A stretch of 41,800 bases of DNA. Source: an uncultured Candidatus Poseidoniales archaeon. GTDB taxonomy: Archaea > Thermoplasmatota > Poseidoniia > Poseidoniales > Thalassarchaeaceae. The notes under the pieces are model-generated. The model saw nothing but the letters and a program-made list of their open reading frames with translations, searched no databases and was not told where the DNA came from. This document shows, one piece after another, positions 1 to 8,827 of the stretch (within the stretch, counting starts at the first letter, position 1; the number at the start of each line of letters is the position of its first letter). The position numbers and the translations under genes are program-made. The DNA lies in assembly GCA_964608795.1 (NCBI GenBank), contig CAZSPJ010000001.1, positions 1 to 41,800 of the forward strand, given 5' to 3'.

Positions 1-3000
1 ACTGGCTGAACCCGGTGACATCCGATTTGGAGGTCGATGGGAAGAACGACACGATCGACTTGATTGTCCATCCGGTCAACAGCACCGTCACCATCGAGCT
101 TTTCCTCGACCATAGCGCTGACAACAACGCTTCCAACGGCACCTATGTGACCCATCCGTTCAGCGTGGTCAACTATCTGGACAGCACACAAACCGTCTAC
201 GAGGTCCTAGCCAACGGTAGCGAATGGGTTTCCGAGGGGATAGTCGAGCTGATGCTCGAGCCAGGCTCCTACAGGATCGATGTGGAGACATCAGATCCGG
301 TTGCAGGCGACCTATTTGGAACCAGAATCATGACGGGCAACACGCAGTTCGACATCGGACTGAACGGCAACTCCGTTGACAGGTCCATCGGATTCGACCC
401 GGAATGGAGGATGAACATCACCTTCACCAATGAGAGCGGGGGCGCGCTGGCCGATCAGCTGGTCAGACTGACCAACGTAGAGAGCGGCTGGATGATCTCG
501 CACTTCACCGACAGCGAAGGCAGGTGGACCGCGCACGTGCCCGAGGGCGACTGGATTGTGACCATCGACGCCTTCGAGACCTCTCCGGGCGTCGAGGAGA
601 TTCTGCGTGACCTCGTCAGCATCTCAGCCGACTCCGCCTCAGCCGACATCTCAATGTCGACTGGCGAAGTGGCAAGTTTTGACATAGTCCTGTATGAGGA
701 TTACTCAGAGGATGTGCTGGAGGGAATCTCCCTACAACTCATCTCAGAAGATGGCCTTGGGACGGTTCATCTAGACTCTACCGACTCGTCCGGCGAGGTT
801 AGCATAGTTGTGGCTCCGGGGAACTGGAACCTAGAGCTGAATATGACTGAGGATCGGGTCCGCTGGATTGTGGATGCTAGCAACGAGACATCATTCGAAG
901 CCTCTGCTGGGGGTAACCCGTCGTTGAACCTCACCGCCTCTAGGATGGTTGAGTTCAGTGGGAGCGTCTACTGGGACTTCAACGATGACAACTCCTCCGA
1001 TGTAGGCGAGGGCGTCGCTAATGTCACAGTGAACATCTCCACTAACAATAGCAACATGTCCCTTCTGACTGACCATAAGGGCGATTGGTCTGCGTATGTT
1101 CAAGCCGGAACCAATTGGTCGATACAGACTTGGATAGAGGGATTCTCTCCTGAAAACCTCTCAGTTTCCGTAGGTAGCGCGCCCAACGTGGTTGACATAG
1201 AACTGACCGCAGGAGCGGTCGATGTCGATGGTTCAATTTCTTACATCAGTGACGAGCAGTTCGAGACTATCTCGGACTCAATAGTGTTGGAACTGATTCC
1301 TGTTGAGGGAATGGTCCGCGACCCAGTGACGCCTGACAAGGTACTGGTTGACGGCGAGTGGCTGGGCAACTGGACTGCTCAGGTAGAGCCAGGTGATTGG
1401 ATACTGCGAGCCACTCACGAGGGCCAGAGCCTAGTGGCGATGGGCCTAGTCGAAGCGAATGTCGCAGTGGGGGCCTCTCTTGACCTAGAGCTCACTATAG
1501 GAGGATGGATCCTCCTCGAGACAGAGTGGCTCGATTACAATGGCACCTCTCGTACTCTTGCAGACACGGATGCCGAAGGAGCCGACATGGTCGGCGAGTC
1601 GGAGCTAATCCTCAATATCGGCATGGGCATGAAGTGGATTGCCCCTGTTGACGAGAACGGCTCACTGCAAATACTCCTGATATCTGGCACCATAGAAGTA
1701 TTCAGCGAGTTCGAAGTGGTGCAGAGAAATCTGACAATGGAGTACTCTGGTGGCCAAGGTGTAACGGTTAGATCCGGACAGGAGTCCCCACCTACGACCT
1801 TGTCCCACGCTAGGGTCGCTAATCACGAGATTTCGGTAAACACTCTGAACAGTTCTGGTTCCGACCCGGAGTTTGAAGGCGATGTCGACGACGTCAGGGT
1901 CCTACTGGATACTGAAGGAGGCTTCCAGCAAGTTGAGTTCGTCCTTAGTGTAGACTACCTAGGACACGAACCGTTCGAAACGTTCAGTATCATCGGCAGA
2001 GCGGCTGGAACCGACACCAGTCACTGGCTGGTGGAGTTCCACAATGGGTCAGGCGAGTGGAATACAACCGGATACTTCGACATGGGCCTAGATAACACAC
2101 TGAACTTCAGTAACCTGAATGTAAGGGTCACACCAGCAAACCAGTCTACAGCTCACTCCTTTGAGGACGGACACACGGTGACTCTCACTATTATGTCCCA
2201 AGATGGGTACATGGAGGAACACTTCTTGACTGTCAGAGTGCCTCAGATTCACGGGTTCGAGCTCAGGGAGCAGATGGATGAGTCATATGGAATCCAACCA
2301 GGGCAAACAATCAGTATAGGGGTCGAATTAACCAATACTGGGAATGGTGACGAGAAATTTGAGTTTGAGTTCGACGACTCGGAACTCCCTGATGGTTGGG
2401 TTAGGACTGGGTCTATCACGCACACTTTGGGCGCTTTTGTCGATACAACTCACACCCTCAGTGTTTCGGCACCGGCCAACGCCAGCGACGAGGATTTCAA
2501 GATCTACGTGTCAGTCAGGGACAAGGCGAACAACACCTACCCTGACTTCGAGATTCACGTCCAGACGTCCATACCCGTACTGAGCATTGTATCGCACCAG
2601 CTCTACAGCGGAGGTGTGGACGTGGTATCCGGCCAGACTGCTCTGTACATGGTGGTCGTCAAGAACGAAGGTCTGATCGACGCGCAGATGGTGCAACTCA
2701 ACGGCACCCTTTGCGATAACCTAGGGTGCACCGGACTCGATGGAGACGAACCTTACGGCACCGATATGCGCGACGTCCCGGCGAATTCAGAGGTCGTGTT
2801 CGAAATTGCACTTGATCTCTCAAACACCGAACCCTGCACCTGCTACATCCAGTTCGAGCTCAACGCCTCGGGATTCGATTCTGTGGAAGAGTACGATTCT
2901 GATCAGATTAAGGTGCGTTCCCCTCCGATCGAGGAAACCTCCGACTGGATTGGTTGGCTGCTCGGCGCTCTGCTGGTAGTCGCTCTGCTGTTGCTCACAA

Positions 3001-3038
3001 GAGGCGGCGGCAGGCGCAGGTCAGCAGCACCGTTCTGA
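1..3038 (+). CDS. Large exported surface protein, 5' end outside the window. Tandem carboxypeptidase-regulatory-like and CARDB-like beta-sandwich domains with a C-terminal TM anchor.
   Basis: The frame of ORF 15..3038 stays open back to nt 3. The listed GTG-Met has no signal peptide, so the N-terminus lies upstream. Recurrent modules TDSEGRWTAHVPEGDW, TDSSGEVSIVVAPGNW and TDHKGDWSAYVQAGTNW fit a prealbumin-like fold signature. GQTISIGVELTNTGNGDEKFEFEF is CARDB-like. The C-terminus WIGWLLGALLVVALLLLT followed by RGGGRRR is a TM helix with a basic tail. Confidence 0.85.
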   Translation, partial: WLNPVTSDLEVDGKNDTIDLIVHPVNSTVTIELFLDHSADNNASNGTYVTHPFSVVNYLDSTQTVYEVLANGSEWVSEGIVELMLEPGSYRIDVETSDPVAGDLFGTRIMTGNTQFDIGLNGNSVDRSIGFDPEWRMNITFTNESGGALADQLVRLTNVESGWMISHFTDSEGRWTAHVPEGDWIVTIDAFETSPGVEEILRDLVSISADSASADISMSTGEVASFDIVLYEDYSEDVLEGISLQLISEDGLGTVHLDSTDSSGEVSIVVAPGNWNLELNMTEDRVRWIVDASNETSFEASAGGNPSLNLTASRMVEFSGSVYWDFNDDNSSDVGEGVANVTVNISTNNSNMSLLTDHKGDWSAYVQAGTNWSIQTWIEGFSPENLSVSVGSAPNVVDIELTAGAVDVDGSISYISDEQFETISDSIVLELIPVEGMVRDPVTPDKVLVDGEWLGNWTAQVEPGDWILRATHEGQSLVAMGLVEANVAVGASLDLELTIGGWILLETEWLDYNGTSRTLADTDAEGADMVGESELILNIGMGMKWIAPVDENGSLQILLISGTIEVFSEFEVVQRNLTMEYSGGQGVTVRSGQESPPTTLSHARVANHEISVNTLNSSGSDPEFEGDVDDVRVLLDTEGGFQQVEFVLSVDYLGHEPFETFSIIGRAAGTDTSHWLVEFHNGSGEWNTTGYFDMGLDNTLNFSNLNVRVTPANQSTAHSFEDGHTVTLTIMSQDGYMEEHFLTVRVPQIHGFELREQMDESYGIQPGQTISIGVELTNTGNGDEKFEFEFDDSELPDGWVRTGSITHTLGAFVDTTHTLSVSAPANASDEDFKIYVSVRDKANNTYPDFEIHVQTSIPVLSIVSHQLYSGGVDVVSGQTALYMVVVKNEGLIDAQMVQLNGTLCDNLGCTGLDGDEPYGTDMRDVPANSEVVFEIALDLSNTEPCTCYIQFELNASGFDSVEEYDSDQIKVRSPPIEETSDWIGWLLGALLVVALLLLTRGGGRRRSAAPF

Positions 3039-3100
3039 TGCCCCCAGCCGAACCTATAGGGCTATGACTCTCCGGCGGCGCGGCAGACCGAGGGTGCTGC

Positions 3101-4336
3101 ATGGGCCACATGGACAACCTTGAGCTGCTGCCTGAGCCCGAAGAGCCTAGGATGCTGACCACCATCGACTCGGATGCCCCGGGTTACCCTGGAGAGGCGT
3201 ACGGCATCTCTGACGAGGAAGCGAGGGAGTTACGTTGGCCGGCCTCACCCCTGAGGGAGATCCTGTGGCCGTGGGGAGCCATCACCTTCGCATTCGGGGC
3301 GGTATTCATGCTGCTGGTATGGCCTCACATCAATGCCTACCTGTCCCCTGTCCTTCCCGAGACCGAATGGGCTTACGAGTCAACTGGAATCAGGGAGCTG
3401 CAGGACTCCGGTCTGGATGGCTCAGGGGTCCACGTATGCATGGTTGACACGGGCATCGACACTGCTCACCCGGACTTCGCCAACCTAACTCTCGCCGGGT
3501 TCCGTGACTTCTACGAGGGCGAGCACGATCTCGTCAGGGACGTCGGCGAGGACTCGCACGGGACCATGATGGCCGGCCTCCTCGTGGCCGACGGCAAGTT
3601 CTACGGCGCTGCACCGGGAGTCAATTTGTCAGTCGCCCTCGCGCTTGGTCCGACCGGCACCTCAGGGCAGGAAGATAGGGTCGCGCAGGCGATCAGGTGG
3701 TGCCGAATCACGCAGAAGGCCGATATAGTCAGTCTCAGCCTAGGCAGCGACCCAGGGGACGGCATGGGCATCCAGTCGGAGACCGTCCTAGCTGTCCAAG
3801 AGGCCCTCGATGCCGGTATTTTCGTAGTAGCCGCGGCCGGGAACACCGGCGACGACGCCAGCATCTACGACATCTCAGTCCCAGCCAATATGAGAGGAGT
3901 CATCGCCGTCGGCACCTCCACTCGCAGCGGCAGCGTCTGGTCAGGCTCGGCTAACGGCTCCATGCTGGACCCGTACGGTCAGGAGAACAGGAGCTATCCG
4001 GACCAGAAGCCCGAGGTGTCGGCGCCCGGCGTCCTGCTGTTCTCAACGACTTCAACGCAGATTGAGCCCCCGTACGCCTATTCCACCGGCACCAGTGACT
4101 CGACCGTCTTAGTCACCGGTGCTCTGGCTCTCATCCTCGAATTGCATGGCACCGCTCTGGCAGGTGATGACGGAATGTTCGATGCCGACGAGATGGAGAT
4201 TGTCAAGAGGTCGCTTGCGAGCTCTTGCGACAAGACTGGCATCAGTGGTAGCCCGCATGATACCAGAGGGGGCTACGGATTTCTCGATGCAGTACAGTGG
4301 GCGTCCGACATCGCATTCGAGTTGAATCTTGGTTGA
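3101..4336 (+). CDS. Subtilisin-like serine protease (peptidase S8), N-terminally membrane-anchored
   Basis: Catalytic motifs occur in canonical order: VCMVDTGID (Asp), DSHGTMMAG (His), AAAGNTG (oxyanion Asn) and TGTSDSTVLVTG (Ser). An N-terminal hydrophobic segment ILWPWGAITFAFGAVFMLLVWP follows about 55 polar residues, which indicates a signal anchor. Confidence 0.9.
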   Translation: MGHMDNLELLPEPEEPRMLTTIDSDAPGYPGEAYGISDEEARELRWPASPLREILWPWGAITFAFGAVFMLLVWPHINAYLSPVLPETEWAYESTGIRELQDSGLDGSGVHVCMVDTGIDTAHPDFANLTLAGFRDFYEGEHDLVRDVGEDSHGTMMAGLLVADGKFYGAAPGVNLSVALALGPTGTSGQEDRVAQAIRWCRITQKADIVSLSLGSDPGDGMGIQSETVLAVQEALDAGIFVVAAAGNTGDDASIYDISVPANMRGVIAVGTSTRSGSVWSGSANGSMLDPYGQENRSYPDQKPEVSAPGVLLFSTTSTQIEPPYAYSTGTSDSTVLVTGALALILELHGTALAGDDGMFDADEMEIVKRSLASSCDKTGISGSPHDTRGGYGFLDAVQWASDIAFELNLG

Positions 4337-4423
4337 TTCTTGCGCATTTGGCCCGAATCGCTAATCGAGCCTACGGCTCGACACTACCCTATGATTAAAT
4401 CCATCCCCGATTCCCCGCAATGC

Positions 4424-7400
4424 ATGGCTAGCGGCGAGCGTGTGCGCAGTCACTTCCTTGTCATGCTGATGCTGACGAGCCTATTCGTCGCCCTAGTTGG
4501 CCCGGCTGCCCCTGTCTCCGCCAACAACGAGACTACCTCGGGGACCATCGTTGGCACCGAGACCTGGTCGGGCACGCACACCCTCTCCGGAGACGTGGTC
4601 ATCGCTTCTGGGGCGAAACTGATTATCCAACCTGGAACTACCGTTCTATTCCCCAATGGGACACACTTGGACGTCCGCGGCAATCTGTGCGCAGGGGTCT
4701 CCAACTGCGGCGCCAGCGGCAATGCTAACAGCGCTCAGAGAATCACCTTGCGATGGACTGATCCGGCTAACGAGAGCGCCATCGGCGAGTGCTACGGGAT
4801 GACTCACGGCAACCAGCAAATATGGATAGAGGACCCGTCGTGCTACGAAGGAGTCCTGATTCGCAACACCATCGACCTCTCCCAGACTGGTTTGAGCCAC
4901 ATCGTCATCGACGGCGCTTGGGGAATTCCGTACTACATCCCTACGGCCCTCCAGTTTCGATACGGTGCGATGGTCATCGATGGTGCTGCACCAGTTCTGA
5001 CTGAGATAGAATTCACAAACATCAACACCACCAGCCTGCTGACGACTAACCTCGCTCAGCCACGCCTTCTTGGAGGCGAGTACACGGTTGGCACCGATGA
5101 TGCAAGCGACGTGCGTGGTTCAGCGATACAGATTTACGGCTCAGGCACCCCAGTGACGCCGTTAATTCTCCAATCCCCTGATTTCATCGGGACCAACGTA
5201 GGATGCAGCCGCCAGGCCCCCAGCCGCCCCGCAGTTTGGGCCGAAGACACCTTCATCGACATTGACAGCGCCTCTGTCGCCGGAGACTATGGCATCAGTA
5301 TGCGTCACTCGTCTGGGACAATCTCTAATTCGGAATTCAACGTGAACTGCAATGGCATAGATATCAACAGCAGGAAATCGATTTCCAACGTCGACTTCTC
5401 AATCGAGGTTGCCGCCAACGAGATAACGACAGCGGAAGGTGCTCCAATCACTGTCTTCCAAGGTGGCTTGGCGAATATCGTCGGCAACGAACTCGAAGGT
5501 GCATCAGAGTCATCCGGGATAGCCATCGAGTCGAGCGATGTGGTAATCCACAACAACGACATCGGACCAGTGGATGGTTGGAACGGTCTCTGGCTGATTG
5601 GCTCGTTCGACGTCATCGCCGAGAACAACACCTTCCACGACATCGCTAGGGAGGTGATACGTGCTGGGGCGTACGGCAACAGCGCTCCTGCCCCGTCCGC
5701 ATCTAGGATATACCTCGCCAACAACTCTCTCTCGACCGACGGCGCAGGCGTCTGCTCAGACACCAAGTACGACGCCTGGGGCGGCGGTGAATACACCTGC
5801 CCGGTGGTGCACGCATACAGGGCCGGAGTCTCGATGTACGACAACACGATCAACGTACCAGGTACTTCAGACGCCGACGGAATACGCGCAGTAGGGGCTC
5901 TTCTTGACATTCAGAGGAACACCTTCAACGTCCCCGGGACAGGTGCGGTAGTGACGAAATACGACAATGGAAACGCTGGCTCGCAGGACTTCGGTACACT
6001 CGGCTTCTTCTCACAGAACACCTGGTCCGGGGTAGGCATGACCTACAATGTCTCGGATAGCGCAATCACCGTGCAGTCAGAGTACATCCCCAGCCCTCCT
6101 CCAGGTGAGTACCCAGTCCAATTGGTCTGGTCAGACCAGGAGGCGTGGCCCGCTAACCAGTTCCAGACCTCGATTATCCCTACAGACGTGAAGGAGTGTC
6201 CGAACTGTGCCGACTTTACTCCCCGGGGCTTCCCTCTGGCCGTCAACATGGACAACAATTCGACCACCTTCACCTTCGCCAATCTGTCCAACCTCGATCG
6301 CGCCAAGATACACATTGAGACCCAACCAACGCCTTATGCAGTTCAGGTGCGTAGAGCCGAGATGGTTCGCTTCCAGACCCTGGTCGACGGACAGCCCGTT
6401 GAGGATGCGAACGTCCTGATTGAGGATGCACTCGGCAACGACCTGTATTCGCTTTACACACAGAGTAACGGCCACACCCCTTGGGTCGCTCTGCCCTCCG
6501 ACTTCCATCTCGACATCAGGGGGCTGGGAGGAGGGGACAATCCCGACGGCTTCGCCGATGACGAGTACGAGGACTCTTGCTTTGACGGGATTGACAACGA
6601 CGGCGATTTGACAGTCGACGCCGATGACGAGGACTGCGACCACCTAGCCGGTACCAGAGAGTTGTCCCGTTACTACTACACGGCCTACAAGTTCGGCTCG
6701 GGGTTCGCCCGCAGTGACTTCACCCTGTCCGACACCACGCTACAGGACACAATCAACCTCGCGAACCTAGCCCCATCAGTCTCTGTCACCCAGTTGGACG
6801 GCCACTCCTACCGCAGGGTGGTCAACCTCACAGGGAGTGCCCATGACGGCCAGCTCGCAGGCATCTATGCCACTGACGAGCTGGCGCAGTGGGATCAGGG
6901 GGGCTACGTCCACGAGGTCCAGATTAAGGATCCATTCACCAGCGAATGGAGCACTGCCGGCCTCGCTGTCGACACCAGTGGTATGGCCGAGGGTCAGGTG
7001 ACCAAAACCAACCGGCCGTTCAGCTCTTGGTACTACCAGATCGACATGAGCGGCAGGGAGGAGGGCGACTACGTGTTCGAGTTCAGGGCATTCGACGGCA
7101 TCGACTACAGTCCGATCATCTACCGCACGATTAAGCTCAATGTCCAAGCTCCGACAATTTCAGTGACTTCGCCGAGCTCGTTCTCGACCCATTCCGAGGA
7201 CATCGTGACCTTCGAAGGCACGGCCTTCGACCATTACGGCTGCCCGATACAGTGCAGCTCTGACATACAGGACATCTACTTCCACATACAGGGGCCCGAC
7301 TTCGATGTCACGACATCGGCATGGACAGGAGGCATATCGGTCGGACAGGACTGGAGCTGGACCTGGGATTTCAGCGGCCTGCCGCGCGAAATCGCCACGT

Positions 7401-8761
7401 ACACCTTCACGGTATGGGCATCGGACACCGACTTCTGCCAGGGCTTCGTGGACGAGTGCGAACCCGTGGTACTGACCCTCACGATTGACAACTTGAACAG
7501 CTATCCGTTCATCAGCGTCATCACCCCGTACGACGGTCAGAGGCTATCCGTCTCCACGGAGACCGTCTTTGAGGGGGTCGCTCGCGACAACGACGGCTCG
7601 GTCTCGAGAGTCGACTTTGAGATCAAGGACGTCACCAACAACTACTTGCTGGTGCTTTCCGACTCAATCAGCGACTTCGCCCCCAACGGGGCTTGGTCAC
7701 TAGAGTGGGACTCGACGAACCTCGCGCACAACATGCAGTACCTCGTGCGGTTCCGCTCGTACGACGGTTTCGACTACAGCGACTGGGCAGAGATGCTCAT
7801 TGTCGCTGACAACCCGCCTGACGCTGGCAACAACCAGCCGACCTTCGACTCCACTGACTGGCCCGATGAGATCACCCTCTACTGCGAGATTGACTCGCAG
7901 TCTCAGGACCGCTGCACGAGGGTCGAGATCAACCTGTTGGATTTCTTCAACGACATTGACCCCGGACAGGACCTCAGCCTGTCGGTGTACGACGATGAGA
8001 CACGCACCAGTGATGATCACTTCGGCATTGTCATCAACGTCGGCTTTGACGGCATGGCGACCTACAATCCGGTGTCGATGTTCTTCTACGATATCGACAT
8101 GGCCACTTGGACTCTGGAGAACGTGGTCTTCGTCGCAACTGACACGCACGGCTCAAAGATTAACTCCAATCCAATCACCTTCACCGTGGTCGGCCTCCAG
8201 TTCCTGATAACACCGCCTGAGGACACCACCATATCCGAGGACGGCATGGCAGTCTTCACCGGCATAGGCCTGCCAGGCAAGACTGTCAGCGTCAATATCG
8301 CGGGCAACACCGTGGACAACACTGTAGTCGGCGAAGACTCGGCCTGGTCGCTCGAGATCCCCGCCTCGAGGATAGATGGGACGGCGACTCCCGTGTTCAA
8401 GTACGGAGGGAACGAATTTGAGAGTGCCAGCATCACCGTCTCTGACTCCAGTGGAGGGGGCATGGGAATGGGTTCGATTATCACCATAGTGCTTGTTATA
8501 ATCGCGGTAATCGCAGTTCTGGTGTACTTTTTCGTCGAGTTCGAGGAGGAAGAGGACGAGCAGTTGGACGGTACTTCTGAAGCCAAGCAAGATAGCGATC
8601 AGGGAGAGGATACCTACGCTTGGGCCAAGGAGGCCGGAATTACAGAGGAACCTGAGATGGAACCGGAATCGAGGCTACAGAAGCACGACGACCAACCTGG
8701 ATGGCTGTGGGACCCAGATAATGAGGAATGGGTCCCCGACCCCGACCACTCCGACGCGTGA
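4424..8761 (+). CDS. Giant surface protein with right-handed parallel beta-helix repeats, Ig-like and cadherin-like domains, a C-terminal TM anchor and an acidic cytoplasmic tail
   Basis: ATG 4424 gives a classic signal peptide, MASGERVRSHFLVMLMLTSLFVALVGPAAPVSA; the track start TTG 4340 and ATG 4391 are alternatives. PbH1-like repeats are present (ISNSEFNVNCNGIDINS, NIVGNELEGASESSGIAIESSDVVIHNNDIG, VIAENNTFHDI). Ig-like modules are present (VTFEGTAFD, TVFEGVARDNDGSVSRVDFEI). The TM helix is MGSIITIVLVIIAVIAVLVYFFV, followed by a tail rich in E and D. Confidence 0.9.
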   Translation: MASGERVRSHFLVMLMLTSLFVALVGPAAPVSANNETTSGTIVGTETWSGTHTLSGDVVIASGAKLIIQPGTTVLFPNGTHLDVRGNLCAGVSNCGASGNANSAQRITLRWTDPANESAIGECYGMTHGNQQIWIEDPSCYEGVLIRNTIDLSQTGLSHIVIDGAWGIPYYIPTALQFRYGAMVIDGAAPVLTEIEFTNINTTSLLTTNLAQPRLLGGEYTVGTDDASDVRGSAIQIYGSGTPVTPLILQSPDFIGTNVGCSRQAPSRPAVWAEDTFIDIDSASVAGDYGISMRHSSGTISNSEFNVNCNGIDINSRKSISNVDFSIEVAANEITTAEGAPITVFQGGLANIVGNELEGASESSGIAIESSDVVIHNNDIGPVDGWNGLWLIGSFDVIAENNTFHDIAREVIRAGAYGNSAPAPSASRIYLANNSLSTDGAGVCSDTKYDAWGGGEYTCPVVHAYRAGVSMYDNTINVPGTSDADGIRAVGALLDIQRNTFNVPGTGAVVTKYDNGNAGSQDFGTLGFFSQNTWSGVGMTYNVSDSAITVQSEYIPSPPPGEYPVQLVWSDQEAWPANQFQTSIIPTDVKECPNCADFTPRGFPLAVNMDNNSTTFTFANLSNLDRAKIHIETQPTPYAVQVRRAEMVRFQTLVDGQPVEDANVLIEDALGNDLYSLYTQSNGHTPWVALPSDFHLDIRGLGGGDNPDGFADDEYEDSCFDGIDNDGDLTVDADDEDCDHLAGTRELSRYYYTAYKFGSGFARSDFTLSDTTLQDTINLANLAPSVSVTQLDGHSYRRVVNLTGSAHDGQLAGIYATDELAQWDQGGYVHEVQIKDPFTSEWSTAGLAVDTSGMAEGQVTKTNRPFSSWYYQIDMSGREEGDYVFEFRAFDGIDYSPIIYRTIKLNVQAPTISVTSPSSFSTHSEDIVTFEGTAFDHYGCPIQCSSDIQDIYFHIQGPDFDVTTSAWTGGISVGQDWSWTWDFSGLPREIATYTFTVWASDTDFCQGFVDECEPVVLTLTIDNLNSYPFISVITPYDGQRLSVSTETVFEGVARDNDGSVSRVDFEIKDVTNNYLLVLSDSISDFAPNGAWSLEWDSTNLAHNMQYLVRFRSYDGFDYSDWAEMLIVADNPPDAGNNQPTFDSTDWPDEITLYCEIDSQSQDRCTRVEINLLDFFNDIDPGQDLSLSVYDDETRTSDDHFGIVINVGFDGMATYNPVSMFFYDIDMATWTLENVVFVATDTHGSKINSNPITFTVVGLQFLITPPEDTTISEDGMAVFTGIGLPGKTVSVNIAGNTVDNTVVGEDSAWSLEIPASRIDGTATPVFKYGGNEFESASITVSDSSGGGMGMGSIITIVLVIIAVIAVLVYFFVEFEEEEDEQLDGTSEAKQDSDQGEDTYAWAKEAGITEEPEMEPESRLQKHDDQPGWLWDPDNEEWVPDPDHSDA

Positions 8762-8827
8762 ATCATCCCCGCTCGCCACTCGCCAACATTCTTGAGTGGA
8801 CGATTACGCTCAACGAATGTGACCACT

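Noticed and set aside
4340-4423. Track start codons TTG 4340 (beta-helix gene), TTG 8792 (STAND gene), TTG 27016, GTG 39065 and ATG 31899
   Set aside because: Downstream starts give family-typical N-termini or signal peptides (4424, 8828, 27055, 39143, 31731) and remove implausible overlaps. The upstream extensions look like read-through of GC-rich spacer.
5305-6643. Minus-strand ORFs 5305..5910 (201 aa) and 6131..6643 (170 aa)
   Set aside because: They are antisense to the beta-helix giant gene, with no start context or motifs. Long antisense ORFs are expected at this GC content.
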